Source of the DNA: Candidatus Nealsonbacteria bacterium
Lineage (GTDB): Bacteria; Patescibacteriota; Minisyncoccia; Minisyncoccales; JANBVM01
Direction: 5' to 3'
Assembly (NCBI GenBank): GCA_026016225.1
Contig: CP061210.1
Coordinates: 386,000-449,999 of the forward strand
Length of the DNA: 64,000 bases
A program made the position numbers and the translations under genes. Shown here piece by piece: positions 9,424 through 20,877 of the stretch (position 1 is its first letter; each line of letters begins with the position of its first letter). The notes under the pieces are model-generated. The model did not search any database and was not told the DNA's origin. It saw nothing but the letters and a program-made list of their open reading frames with translations.

Positions 9424-11334
9424 ATGAGTAAAGTATTAGGTATCGATTTAGGTACAGCCATTTCAAAAATGGCTTCCATATTAGAGGGTGAGCCAAAATG
9501 CGTAGAAAACAGAGAAGGTTCAGTTTTAACACCTTCTGTTGTAGCATTGGCAAAAAACGGAGAAAGACTTGTCGGTATTTTAGCTAAAAGACAAGCAATT
9601 ACCAATCCCAAAAATACAATTCATTCGGTAAAAAGATTCATCGGTAGAAGACACTCTGACCCCGAGGTTCAAAAAGAACTTAAGAGATTACCCTATGAGA
9701 CCAGGGCAAGAAAAGATGGAGGAGTTGAAGTAAAGATGGGAGATTCGCCAGCTGGCGGATGGTATACCCCAATTGAGATTTCTTCAATGATTTTACAAAA
9801 ATTAAAGTTAGATGCAGAAGAAAAATTAGGTCAAAAAATAACATCTGCTGTTATTACCTGTCCTGCAAATTTCGATGATTCTCAGAGAAAAACAACTAAG
9901 ACAGCTGGAGAAATTGCAGGTTTTAAGGTTCTGAGAATTATTAATGAACCTACGGCAGCTGCGTTAGCTTATGGATTTGGAAAAAAGAAAGAAGAAATGA
10001 TTGTTGTTTATGATTTTGGCGGTGGAACTTTTGACGTTTCTATCTTGAATGTTTCTCCAGATACAGTTGAGGTTGTAGCCACTGGTGGAGAGGCGCATTT
10101 GGGTGGAGATGATTTTGACCAGATAATAATTAATTGGATTGTAGATAAGTTTAAAAAAGAACAGGGAATAGATTTATCAAAAGATTCACTGGCTTTGCAG
10201 AGGTTAAGGGAAGCTTCAGAGAATGCCAAAATAGAATTATCTTCTACAATGGAAACAGAAATTAACCTTCCTTTTATTTCTTCCGATTCTTCAGGGCCTA
10301 AACACTTATATTACAAATTAACAAGAGCCCAGTTTAATAACATGAGTAGAGATTTGGTTGAGAGGTCAATTGAGAGAGTGAAAAAAACATTAAAAGAGTC
10401 AAAATTAAAAAAAGAGGAAATTGATGAGATTGTTCTGGTTGGGGGTACAACTTTAGTTCCGGCTGTTAGAGATGCAGTTAAAAATTATTTTGAAAAAGAG
10501 CCAAATAAAGCCATCAATCCTGAAGAAGTGGTGGCAATAGGGGCTGCAATTGAAGCTGAAATCTTAAGAGCAAAAGAAGAAGGAAGAGCTCCTGAAGGAG
10601 ACATAAAGAGTGTTTTGCTGTTGGACGTTTTACCTCTATCTTTAGGGTTAGAAACTTTAGGTGGAGTAAGTACTGCTATGATTTCTAAAAACACCACCAT
10701 TCCAACTTCAAAAACTCAAATATTTTCAACTGCAGCCGATAATCAAACATCGGTTGAAATAAATGTTTTACAGGGAGAAAGACCAATGGCAACAGATAAC
10801 AGGTCTTTGGGAAAATTTATTTTGACTGGAATTCCACCAACTCCAAGAGGACTTCCTCAAATAGAAGTTATTTTTGATATTGATGCTAATGGGATTTTAT
10901 CTGTAACTGCAAAAGACAAAGCTACCAGCCGTTCACAATCAATTAGAATTGAAGGTTCCATAGGTTTATCAAAAGAAGAGATAGAAAAAATGAAAAAAGA
11001 AGCTGAATTACATGCTGAAGAAGACAAGAAAAAAAGAGAACTAATTGAGGCTAAGAACTTAGCCGATAATCTTATTTATACTTCAGAAAAGACCTTAAGA
11101 GACTTAGGAGATAAAGTTTCTCCAGAGACTAAAAAGGAGATTGAAGAGAAAATAGAGGGTTTGAAAAAGGTAAAAGAAAGTGATAATATAGAGGATATAA
11201 AAAATAAAACCTCTGAGTTGTCTCAGGTGATTCAGAAAATTGGGGCTGAAATGTACAAAGCAGCAAAAGAGAAGAAAGAAACTGGAGAAAAAAAAGAATC
11301 TCAGGCAGAAGAGGGGGAGTACAAAGAAAAATAA
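9424..11334 (+). CDS. dnaK: molecular chaperone DnaK (Hsp70)
   Basis: GIDLGT, DFGGGTFDVS, IVLVGGTTLVPAV and a C-terminal lid region. Confidence 0.97.
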   Translation: MSKVLGIDLGTAISKMASILEGEPKCVENREGSVLTPSVVALAKNGERLVGILAKRQAITNPKNTIHSVKRFIGRRHSDPEVQKELKRLPYETRARKDGGVEVKMGDSPAGGWYTPIEISSMILQKLKLDAEEKLGQKITSAVITCPANFDDSQRKTTKTAGEIAGFKVLRIINEPTAAALAYGFGKKKEEMIVVYDFGGGTFDVSILNVSPDTVEVVATGGEAHLGGDDFDQIIINWIVDKFKKEQGIDLSKDSLALQRLREASENAKIELSSTMETEINLPFISSDSSGPKHLYYKLTRAQFNNMSRDLVERSIERVKKTLKESKLKKEEIDEIVLVGGTTLVPAVRDAVKNYFEKEPNKAINPEEVVAIGAAIEAEILRAKEEGRAPEGDIKSVLLLDVLPLSLGLETLGGVSTAMISKNTTIPTSKTQIFSTAADNQTSVEINVLQGERPMATDNRSLGKFILTGIPPTPRGLPQIEVIFDIDANGILSVTAKDKATSRSQSIRIEGSIGLSKEEIEKMKKEAELHAEEDKKKRELIEAKNLADNLIYTSEKTLRDLGDKVSPETKKEIEEKIEGLKKVKESDNIEDIKNKTSELSQVIQKIGAEMYKAAKEKKETGEKKESQAEEGEYKEK

Positions 11335-11356
11335 ATATTAGAACGCTTCGCTTATA

Positions 11357-12442
11357 ATGAAAGACTATTATAAAATCTTAGGTGTTCCCAAAAAAGCTTC
11401 TTCTAAAGAAATAAAGAAGGCTTATTATAAGTTGGCTCATAAACACCACCCGGATAAAGGAGGAAATGAGAAAAAATTTAAAGAGATAAACGAAGCTTAT
11501 CAGGTGCTTTCTGATAAGAAAAAAAGAAATCAATATGACAGGTTTGGAAGGGTTTTTGAAGGGATGAGAGGGGGTCAGCCGGGCTTTGATTTTCAGTGGG
11601 GTTGGGGTAGACCGGATATAGATTTTAATTTTGAATCAGGATTCGGCGGTCTGGAGGAGATGTTAGAAGAAATCTTTGGTTCAGGTTTTTCAGGCAGAAA
11701 AAGAGATCTTAAAAAAGGCAAAGACATCAGAGTTGAGATGGATATCTCATTGGAAGATACTTTAAAAGGAAAAGAAAAGGTAATAATTTTAGAAAAAGTG
11801 GTTGTTTGTCCCCGATGTCAAGGAAGGGGAGCTGAACCCGGCACTAAAGTTAAAGAATGTTTTTCCTGCCGGGGAACAGGTCAAGTCCAGCAAATTAGAA
11901 AGACATTTTTTGGCACATTTACTAAATACATTATTTGTCCTGAATGCGGAGGCGAGGGTTATAGGCCTGAAAAACCCTGTAATGTTTGTCGGGGAGAAGG
12001 AAGGATTAAAGGTAAAGAAGATATTAAAGTTTTTATACCCGCTGGCGTAGATACGAACCAGATAATAAAAATTGAAGGAAAAGGAAATGCTGGTAAAAGA
12101 GGTGGAGCGTCAGGAGATTTGTACGTCAGGGTTTCGGTTAAAAAACACCCAATTTTTCAAAGAAGGGGAGACGATTTATATGCTTTGGTATCTATTTCTT
12201 TTTCCCAGGCAGCTTTGGGCGATGAAATAGAGATTCTGACAATAGAGGGCAAGAAAATTTTGTTGAGAATCCCGGCCGGAACAGAATCTGGAAAGATATT
12301 ACGAATTTCCAAAAAAGGAATTCCACATTTTTCAGGATATGGGAGAGGAAACCTATATGTTGAATTTGTTATTGAAACCCCAAAGAAACTTACAAAAAAA
12401 CAAAAAGAATTATTAAGAAGCTTGCGAGAAAACGGATTGTAA
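11357..12442 (+). CDS. dnaJ: co-chaperone DnaJ
   Basis: J domain with HPD, G/F-rich region, four CxxCxGxG zinc repeats. Confidence 0.95.
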   Translation: MKDYYKILGVPKKASSKEIKKAYYKLAHKHHPDKGGNEKKFKEINEAYQVLSDKKKRNQYDRFGRVFEGMRGGQPGFDFQWGWGRPDIDFNFESGFGGLEEMLEEIFGSGFSGRKRDLKKGKDIRVEMDISLEDTLKGKEKVIILEKVVVCPRCQGRGAEPGTKVKECFSCRGTGQVQQIRKTFFGTFTKYIICPECGGEGYRPEKPCNVCRGEGRIKGKEDIKVFIPAGVDTNQIIKIEGKGNAGKRGGASGDLYVRVSVKKHPIFQRRGDDLYALVSISFSQAALGDEIEILTIEGKKILLRIPAGTESGKILRISKKGIPHFSGYGRGNLYVEFVIETPKKLTKKQKELLRSLRENGL

Positions 12443-12466
12443 AATTTCGCTACATTAGTTCGGATT

Positions 12467-12500
12467 AAAATCAACTGTTTCACCAGTTGATTTTCGTCTT
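12467..12500 (+). terminator. rho-independent terminator after dnaJ
   Basis: AAAATCAACTG-tttcac-CAGTTGATTTT stem-loop followed by a T-rich run. Confidence 0.6.
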
Positions 12501-12526
12501 TTAAGATGATAAAATTTAATTATAAA

Positions 12527-12599
12527 GCCCCCATAGCTCAACTGGTAGAGCAATTCCCTTTTAAGGAAAAGGTTCTCCGTTCGACTCGGAGTGGGGGCA
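12527..12599 (+). tRNA. tRNA-Lys (anticodon UUU), no encoded CCA
   Basis: Hand-folded cloverleaf. Acceptor GCCCCCA/TGGGGGC, D arm GCTC/GAGC, anticodon loop CTTTTAA, T arm CTCCG-TTCGACT-CGGAG. Confidence 0.9.
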
Positions 12600-12696
12600 C
12601 TTCTTTATGTATAAAATGGTCTGTAGAGAACAATTCTCTTTAGTAAGTAAAGTGGACTTTTGGTTTAATTTTTGGTAAAAAGAAATATTGTTAACT

Positions 12697-13905
12697 ATGA
12701 TTCGTTTAAATAAAAGAAAACTGAATTTATTTTTTTTGGTTATTGTAATTTTCGCTGTTTTTGGGCTTGGATTTTGGACAGGAGAAAATCAGGTAGTTTG
12801 TGATGTTTGTCCTCCAGAAGACATTAATTTTTCTCTTTTTTGGGAAGCTTATCATAAATTGCAAGAGAAATTTGTAGATAAAGAAAAGATTGATATCCAG
12901 AAAATCATTTACGGGGCTATTTCCGGTATGGTGAAATCTTTAGAAGACCCTTACACTGTCTTTCTTCCTCCAGAAGATACAAAAAAATTTAAAGAAGATG
13001 TTGAAGGAGTTTTTGAAGGAGTTGGGATGGAAATAGGTATTAGAAAAGGCCAAGTACAGGTAATAGCTCCTTTAGAGGGAACTCCTGCCCAGAAAGCAGG
13101 ATTAAGAGCAGGCGACAAGATTATAAAGGTTAATGATATTCTAACTATGGATTTAACTATTGATGAAGTGGTTAGTTTAATTAGAGGGCCCAGAGGAACC
13201 GAAGTCCTTTTAACAATTTATCGGGAAGATTGGGGCGAAACCCAAGAAGTTGGAATAGTAAGGGGAGTAATTGAAGTTCCTTCTTTAAAATGGGAACTGC
13301 TTACCTCGCAAGGCGAAGCCGGCGGGAAAGATGTTGATATTGCTTATATAAAACTTTATCAATTTAGCAGAAAGGCAGCTCTTGACTTTAGAAAAGCTAG
13401 TTTCGAAATATTAGATAGTCCGGCAAAAAAAATAATTTTGGATTTAAGAAATAATCCTGGCGGCTTGTTGGTAATAGCCCAAGATATTGCAGGTTGGTTT
13501 TTAGAAAGTGGAGAGCTTGTTGTTATTGAAGATTTTAGAAATGGAAACAGGATAGAATATAAAAGCTATGGAAATGGAACATTTTTGGATTATAAGATTG
13601 TGATTTTGATAAACGAGGGTTCAGCTTCTGGTTCTGAGATTTTAGCTGGAGCTTTAAGAGATAATCGTGATATATTATTAATCGGAAAGAAGTCTTTTGG
13701 TAAAGGGTCGGTTCAAGAATTGGAGGATTTAAGAGGAGGTTCAAGTTTGAAAATTACAATTGCAAAATGGCTTACTCCCAAAGGACAACTTATTACAGGG
13801 AGCGGCTTGGAACCTGATATTAGAGTAGAAATGAGTAGTGAAGATTATGATGAAGGAAGAGATCCTCAATTAGATAAGGCTGTTGAAGTAATTAAAAATT
13901 TATAG
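12697..13905 (+). CDS. ctp: S41 carboxy-terminal processing peptidase with PDZ domain
   Basis: N-terminal TM, PDZ region (GLRAGDKIIKVN), S41 motifs (NNPGG, GSASGSEI, GKGSVQ). ATG at 12697 preferred over the TTG at 12688. Confidence 0.85.
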   Translation: MIRLNKRKLNLFFLVIVIFAVFGLGFWTGENQVVCDVCPPEDINFSLFWEAYHKLQEKFVDKEKIDIQKIIYGAISGMVKSLEDPYTVFLPPEDTKKFKEDVEGVFEGVGMEIGIRKGQVQVIAPLEGTPAQKAGLRAGDKIIKVNDILTMDLTIDEVVSLIRGPRGTEVLLTIYREDWGETQEVGIVRGVIEVPSLKWELLTSQGEAGGKDVDIAYIKLYQFSRKAALDFRKASFEILDSPAKKIILDLRNNPGGLLVIAQDIAGWFLESGELVVIEDFRNGNRIEYKSYGNGTFLDYKIVILINEGSASGSEILAGALRDNRDILLIGKKSFGKGSVQELEDLRGGSSLKITIAKWLTPKGQLITGSGLEPDIRVEMSSEDYDEGRDPQLDKAVEVIKNL

Positions 13906-13948
13906 TAAATTAATTTAAATGGAATTAGGAAAGAAATTTTAGAAAATT

Positions 13949-14395
13949 ATGCGGGTTATATTTCTTAAAGATGTTGAGAATGTAGGAAAAAAATATGAAG
14001 TAAAAGAGGTAAAAAATGGCTATGCCAGGAATTTTTTGATTCCTCAAGGGTTGGTGGAACCGGCCACGGAAGATGCTTTAAAAAAATTAGAACTTCAAAA
14101 AGAAATAGAAGAAAAAAAAGCAGAAGAAGAGTTAAAAAAGGTTCAAGGATTAGCAAACAGTATTGATGGTCAAGAAATTACAATTCCTGTTAAAGTCGGT
14201 GAAGAAGGTCAGCTTTTTGAATCAATTACTTCCCAAAAAATTTACGAAAAACTAAAAAAGATAGGTTTTGATATTAAAAAGAAACAAATTGAGCTTGAAA
14301 AACCAATTGAAACCTTAGGAGAGTTTCCGGTTAAAATTAAATTTGAGCATAATTTAGAAGCAGAAATAACTTTAATTGTTATAGAAGAGACATAA
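13949..14395 (+). CDS. rplI: 50S ribosomal protein L9
   Basis: [35 protein letters not shown]-terminal signature. Confidence 0.9.
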   Translation: MRVIFLKDVENVGKKYEVKEVKNGYARNFLIPQGLVEPATEDALKKLELQKEIEEKKAEEELKKVQGLANSIDGQEITIPVKVGEEGQLFESITSQKIYEKLKKIGFDIKKKQIELEKPIETLGEFPVKIKFEHNLEAEITLIVIEET

Positions 14396-14397
14396 TT

Positions 14398-16029
14398 ATG
14401 GCACGATATATTTTTGTAGTCGGCGGTGTAATGTCCGGCGTCGGCAAAGGAGTAGCTACTGCCTCCATAGGAAGAATCTTGAAGTCCAGGGGTTTTAAAA
14501 TCACTGCTATCAAAATAGACCCTTATATTAATGTCGATGCCGGAACAATGAACCCCATAGAACATGGGGAAGTTTTTGTTATGGATGATGGCACGGAATG
14601 CGACCAAGATGTTGGAAATTACGAAAGATTTTTAGATGAAATCTTAACAACAGATAATTATATAACAACGGGAAGGGTTTACCAAACCGTAATTAGACGG
14701 GAAAGAAATTTAGAATACGGAGGTCGATGTGTTGAGGTAGTTCCTGATATTCCAAATGAGGTTATTTCGAGAATTAAGAGAGCAGGCAGAAAAAATAGAG
14801 CTGATTTCACTTTAATTGAGATTGGGGGGACAGTAGGTGAATATCAGAATATGTTATTTTTGGAGGCTGGCAGAATGATGAAATTAAAAAATCCTGAAGA
14901 TGTAATTTTTATTTTGGTTTCTTATTTACCAATTCCCAGCACTATTGGAGAAATGAAAACTAAACCTACTCAAACAGCAGCCAAAATTTTAAATGAAGCG
15001 GGAATCCAGCCAGACATCATTTTAGGTAGAGCTGAAGTTCCTTTAGATGAGCCGAGGAAAAGGAAAATCTCAATTTTCTGTAACATACAGAAAGAAGATG
15101 TTATTTCAGCCCCTGATACTGAATCAATCTATGAAGTTCCACTTAGTTATGAGGTAGAAAATTTAGGAAATAAAATTTTAAAAAAATTTGGTTTAAGACC
15201 AAGAAAACGACGCTTAAAAGAATGGAGAAAATTAGTAAACGTTATCAAGACTGCCAAAAAAAAGATTAAAATCGGCATAGTTGGGAAATATTTTAAAACA
15301 GGAGATTTTACTTTAATGGATTCTTACATTTCAGTAATTGAAGCGATAAAACACGCAGCTTATTTCTTTGGCAGGAAACCTGAAATTTTTTGGTTGTCAG
15401 CAGAAAAATATAAGAGAACTTCTGGCTCCGTAAAAGAACTTAAAAATTACGACGGTATAATTGTTCCCGGCGGTTTTGGAAATAGAGGAACGGAAGGAAA
15501 AATAAAAGCAATTGAGTTTGTTAGAAAAAATAAAATTCCCTTTTTAGGGCTTTGTTTGGGAATGCAATTGGCGGTAGTTGAATTTGCCAGAAATGTTTGC
15601 GGTTTTAAAAATGCGAACTCCACTGAGTTTTCAAAAACAACTAAATATCCTGTAATAGATGTGATACCAGAGCAAAAAGCACTTTTGAGGGAAAAAAGCT
15701 ATGGTGGAACAATGAGATTGGGTGCTTATAAATGTAAACTTAAAAAAGACACCAAAAGTTTCAAGGCATATGGAGGACAAAGATATATTTTTGAGCGTCA
15801 CCGTCATCGCCATGAATTAAATAATACTTTCCGAAAAACCTTAGAGAAAAAAGGTTTGGTTATTGCAGGTGTCAATCCAGAAAGAGATTTGGTTGAGATA
15901 ATTGAGGTTAAAGAGCATCCTTTCTTTGTAGCTACTCAATTTCATCCAGAGTTTAAATCAACTCCGTTAAGACCCCATCCCTTATTTAGAGATTTTATTA
16001 GGGCTTCTATTAGCAAAAGAAGAAGGTAG
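14398..16029 (+). CDS. pyrG: CTP synthase
   Basis: GGVMSGVGKG, a glutamine amidotransferase domain with GLCLGMQ, and HRHRHE. Confidence 0.95.
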   Translation: MARYIFVVGGVMSGVGKGVATASIGRILKSRGFKITAIKIDPYINVDAGTMNPIEHGEVFVMDDGTECDQDVGNYERFLDEILTTDNYITTGRVYQTVIRRERNLEYGGRCVEVVPDIPNEVISRIKRAGRKNRADFTLIEIGGTVGEYQNMLFLEAGRMMKLKNPEDVIFILVSYLPIPSTIGEMKTKPTQTAAKILNEAGIQPDIILGRAEVPLDEPRKRKISIFCNIQKEDVISAPDTESIYEVPLSYEVENLGNKILKKFGLRPRKRRLKEWRKLVNVIKTAKKKIKIGIVGKYFKTGDFTLMDSYISVIEAIKHAAYFFGRKPEIFWLSAEKYKRTSGSVKELKNYDGIIVPGGFGNRGTEGKIKAIEFVRKNKIPFLGLCLGMQLAVVEFARNVCGFKNANSTEFSKTTKYPVIDVIPEQKALLREKSYGGTMRLGAYKCKLKKDTKSFKAYGGQRYIFERHRHRHELNNTFRKTLEKKGLVIAGVNPERDLVEIIEVKEHPFFVATQFHPEFKSTPLRPHPLFRDFIRASISKRRR

Positions 16030-16269
16030 ATGTTATTAAAATTAACTCAGTTTTTAAAAAAACATCAAGAAGATATAGTTTTATTAATTGGTGTTATCTT
16101 AATTTCTTTATTTTCTTTTGCCATAGGTTTTATTGTAGCTAAGCAACAAGAGAAAACACCTTTAAGAATTGAGCGCCCTCAGAGTTTTTTTTATGCAAAT
16201 GAAAAATCAAAAAGTAGCAATTATTGGAGCTGGAATATGCGGGCTTTATTTGGCTCAAAAACTATCTGA
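16030..16269 (+). CDS. hypothetical small membrane protein
   Basis: ATG abuts the pyrG stop and there is one TM helix. The 3' end overlaps the next gene by about 75 nt, so its real extent is uncertain. Confidence 0.3.
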   Translation: MLLKLTQFLKKHQEDIVLLIGVILISLFSFAIGFIVAKQQEKTPLRIERPQSFFYANEKSKSSNYWSWNMRALFGSKTI

Positions 16270-17134
16270 AAGAGGTTTTGAAGTAACTGTATTTGAAAAG
16301 AATAAAAAGATTGGAAAGGAGACCTGTTCTGGACTTTTTTCTGAAAGAATTTTAGATTATGTACCGGATAGCAAAAACTTAATTGAAAACCAGATAGAAT
16401 ATGCTCTTTTACGTTTTCCTAAAAAAACAATAAGAATTAATTTTTCAAAAAAATTTTTTGTGATGAAGCACGCTGAGTTGGATAAATTAGTTTCATCCTT
16501 AGCTGAAAAAAGTGGAGCTAAAATTATTTTTAATAAAAAAATTGATTCTTTTCCCAAAGGATTTGATAAAATAATAGGTTGTGACGGAGCTACTTCCCAG
16601 ACTCGAAAACTTTTAAAATTAAAAAATCCTCAATTTCGTTTGGGAATTCAAGGATTTATTTTTAAAAAAGACTTTTCAAGCTTTGTTGAAACCTGGCCAA
16701 CAGAATACGGCTTTTTATGGAAGATTCCGCGCGGAGAAGAAATAGAGTACGGTATAATCGAGAAAAGAGATAGGGCAAAAAAGATTTTTAACGAGTTTTT
16801 AGAAGAAAAAAAGATTGATTTAAAAAACATAAATTCAGCCCTTATTCCCCAAGGATTAATAATTCCCTCTAATCTTAAAATTACTCTCTGTGGCGATTCA
16901 ACAGGTTTAACCAAACCTTGGTCAGGGGGCGGGGTAATTTGGGGACTGAAAGCAGCTGATATTTTGTTGAAAAATTTCCCAGATTTTTTAAAATATAAAA
17001 AAGAACTTAAAAAGGACTTTTTACCAAAAATTATTTTTTCAAAAACAGCCATCGCATTAACTTATTTCTTTGGTTTCAAAACTTATTATCTTTTACCTAA
17101 AAGCATTAAAATAGAAAGCGATTTTTTACTCTAA
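16193..17134 (+). CDS. FAD-dependent oxidoreductase, geranylgeranyl-reductase family
   Basis: Dinucleotide fold VAIIGAGICGLYLAQKLSERGFEVTVFEK. ATG at 16193 or 16199 preferred over the TTG at 16169. Confidence 0.7.
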   Translation: MQMKNQKVAIIGAGICGLYLAQKLSERGFEVTVFEKNKKIGKETCSGLFSERILDYVPDSKNLIENQIEYALLRFPKKTIRINFSKKFFVMKHAELDKLVSSLAEKSGAKIIFNKKIDSFPKGFDKIIGCDGATSQTRKLLKLKNPQFRLGIQGFIFKKDFSSFVETWPTEYGFLWKIPRGEEIEYGIIEKRDRAKKIFNEFLEEKKIDLKNINSALIPQGLIIPSNLKITLCGDSTGLTKPWSGGGVIWGLKAADILLKNFPDFLKYKKELKKDFLPKIIFSKTAIALTYFFGFKTYYLLPKSIKIESDFLL

Positions 17135-17137
17135 AAC

Positions 17138-17815
17138 ATGAAAAAAACACCAAAACATTTAGGTATTATTCTTGATGGCAATCGAAGATGGGCAAAAGAG
17201 AAAGGTTTGCCTGTTTTTGAAGGACACAAAAAAGGATTGGAAAAGATAAAAAAAGTAGTTGAGTGGTGCAAGGAAAAAGGGATAAAGATTTTGACATTAT
17301 TTGTTTTCTCAACCGAGAACTGGAAGAGGTCAAAAAAAGAAATTGATTATTTAATGGGGCTTGTGAAAAAAGCTATGAATGTTGATTTAAAAGAAGCTTC
17401 TAAACAAGGAATTAAAGTAAGAGTAATTGGAGAAAGAGAGAGGTTGCCAAAAATCGTTCAAAAAGCAATTGAGAAAATTGAGAGGACGACAAAAAAGAAC
17501 AAAAAAATAACTCTGAATTTAGCTTTAAGTTACGGGGGTAGGGGAGAGATTGTTCAAGCCGTAAAAAACATAGTAAAAAAGAAAGTTTCTGTTAATAAAA
17601 TTACAGAAGATTTAATCTCGAAAAATCTTTGGGCATCTGATTTAGATATGATTATAAGAACGGGTAAAGAACAGCGTATTTCTAATTTTTTAATATGGCA
17701 GGCAGCTTATGCCGAACTTTATTTTTTTACAAAATACTGGCCGGATTTTAGTAAAAGGGATTTAAATATAGCTCTTTTAGATTATTCTCGAAGGCAAAGA
17801 AGATTTGGGAGATAA
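17138..17815 (+). CDS. uppS: undecaprenyl diphosphate synthase
   Basis: DGNRRWA, FSTENWKRS and RTGKEQRISNFLIWQAAYAELYF motifs. Confidence 0.9.
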   Translation: MKKTPKHLGIILDGNRRWAKEKGLPVFEGHKKGLEKIKKVVEWCKEKGIKILTLFVFSTENWKRSKKEIDYLMGLVKKAMNVDLKEASKQGIKVRVIGERERLPKIVQKAIEKIERTTKKNKKITLNLALSYGGRGEIVQAVKNIVKKKVSVNKITEDLISKNLWASDLDMIIRTGKEQRISNFLIWQAAYAELYFFTKYWPDFSKRDLNIALLDYSRRQRRFGR

Positions 17816-18154
17816 ATTAGTTTGATGTTAGCTTGATAAAAACACGCTAATAAAAGTAAGAATTGAATTCTTAATTATTATATTTACCAACAGACAGGAT
17901 AACCGTATGAATATTTATCTATTAGGAGACCATTTTGGTCACGAAGATAGATTATATCACAATCGTTAGTGGCAATAATATTTTTACCATTGAGGTAGAT
18001 ATGCTACTCATTTTCCCTCAAGCGACCAATTTGTGATATTTATTTTTTCTTCCTTTGTAAAAATAGTGCTTAAAGTTATTAAAGAAAGACCGTAAGACGT
18101 TTTGTTTTTGACACTGTAAATTTTTACTTTTTCAAAATAAGGAGAAATATTTAT

Positions 18155-18343
18155 TCAAAAATTCCTTTTAGCCGGGCTTAGGTCAAAGGAATTTTTTGTT
18201 CTTGCTTTAACTAAAAAAGTATATTCTTTAGATAGAGCAGGAAAGGTTATTGTTCTTTTTTTGTAATAAGTTCTCACCCAATTATCGTCAAATCCTTCAA
18301 TTTTTGTTTCAAAATATATTTGTTCTTTAAAGCAAAGAGTCAA
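18155..18343 (-). pseudogene. isolated Y_Y_Y-like domain fragment, probable gene relic
   Basis: IEGFDDNWV...TFPALSKEYTFLVKART resembles the Y_Y_Y sensor-domain consensus. It stands alone in about 950 bp of otherwise non-coding DNA. Confidence 0.3.
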
Positions 18344-18454
18344 GTTTTAATCATCAATTGTACTTGACAGTTTCTAAGAATAATATCATTTTTAAAGAAG
18401 GGAAAACTTTTTTTGAAAGCGTTAGTTTAGTATTAACTATTTATTGCCAGAACT

Positions 18455-18730
18455 ATGAAGGAGAAAAAACTGTCATATTTAAAAAAAGAAAATAGAAATT
18501 GGCAAAAGGAAGAGCAAAAAGAGATAAAGAGAATAATTAAAGAAATCAAAAAAGAAGTGAGAGAAGAGAAAAGGGGGAAGGAGAGAAAAGAATTAATAAA
18601 AAAAATAAAAGAGAGGTGGGAAAGATTTATTGTAGGAAGAAAACTTGAAAGAGAGATAAAAAAGAAAGAAAAAGAACGAAAAAGGAAGAGGGAAAAAAGA
18701 ATATTGCCAGACGAGGGTTTTGGAGATTGA
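18455..18730 (+). CDS. hypothetical lysine/glutamate-rich protein
   Basis: Low-complexity KE-rich ORF co-directional with uppP. The mirror ORF on the minus strand is S/F/L low complexity. Confidence 0.3.
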   Translation: MKEKKLSYLKKENRNWQKEEQKEIKRIIKEIKKEVREEKRGKERKELIKKIKERWERFIVGRKLEREIKKKEKERKRKREKRILPDEGFGD

Positions 18731-18771
18731 ATATTTGTGACACGGAATTTAAAAATAATCACAAATAAAAT

Positions 18772-19509
18772 ATGTGGACTTACGTTTTTTTGGGAATAAT
18801 TCAGGGAATATTTGAGTGGTTTCCAATTTCAAGTGAAGGAATTGTAGCTTTGAGCAGTCAATTTTTAGTTAAAAATATTAATCCCATTGATATAGCTTTG
18901 TTTTTACATTTAGGAACTGTTTTTGCAGTTCTAATTTATTTTAGAAAAGATTGGAAAGAGGTTTTTATGTTAAGGAATTATAAGCTGTTGCGTTTTTTAA
19001 TAATATCCACCCTTGTTTCTTTAGTAATAGGATATCCGCTTTATAATGTAGTTAAAAATGTGATTATTGGAAACAGTCTTTTGTTGATTATGGGTTTTGG
19101 TTTATTATTAACAGCTTATTTCCATAAAACAAAGAGAGGTTTTAAAACAGATTTTAACAAATTAGCAATAATTACAGGATTTTTGCAAGGTTTGGCAGTA
19201 GTTCCGGGATTATCGAGGTCAGGTTCTACTATTTTTGGTTTATCTCTGGGAGAATCCAAACCCTCAGAGGTATTAAAGGTTTCTTATATAATGTCAGTAC
19301 CCGTGATTTTAGTTTCAAGCGTTTATTTATTTTTGAAAAATCCTGTTTTTCTTGTTGAAGGATGGCCAGCTTTAATCTCCAGCTTTTTAATAGGTATTTT
19401 TAGTTTACATTTTTTGATAAAACTTGCTCAAAAGATAAATTTTTTCAAATTTGCCCTAATTTTCAGTTTCCTTTGCTTTTTGGGAGCTGTGATAGGATTT
19501 ATAGTTTAG
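18772..19509 (+). CDS. uppP: undecaprenyl-diphosphate phosphatase (BacA/UppP)
   Basis: GIFEWFPISSEG and PGLSRSGSTI motifs in a polytopic membrane protein. Confidence 0.85.
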   Translation: MWTYVFLGIIQGIFEWFPISSEGIVALSSQFLVKNINPIDIALFLHLGTVFAVLIYFRKDWKEVFMLRNYKLLRFLIISTLVSLVIGYPLYNVVKNVIIGNSLLLIMGFGLLLTAYFHKTKRGFKTDFNKLAIITGFLQGLAVVPGLSRSGSTIFGLSLGESKPSEVLKVSYIMSVPVILVSSVYLFLKNPVFLVEGWPALISSFLIGIFSLHFLIKLAQKINFFKFALIFSFLCFLGAVIGFIV

Positions 19510-19522
19510 TGCAAACTTATGA

Positions 19523-20851
<1,329 letters not shown>

Positions 20852-20877
20852 AATTGTTAATAGCTTTTAATAAAATT

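Noticed and set aside
9387-10700. Minus-strand ORFs 9387..9611, 10008..10229 and 10485..10700 inside dnaK
   Set aside because: They are antisense shadows of a highly conserved gene, with low-complexity translations and no start context.
11802-12483. Alternative-frame ORFs within or antisense to dnaJ (11802..12050 +, 12157..12483 -)
   Set aside because: They are embedded in a conserved gene, and their translations are compositionally odd.
18433-18762. Minus-strand S/F/L-rich ORF of 109 aa
   Set aside because: It is the mirror image of the purine-rich KE ORF. The low-complexity translation is a by-product of strand composition, and the downstream gene direction favours the plus ORF (itself weak).
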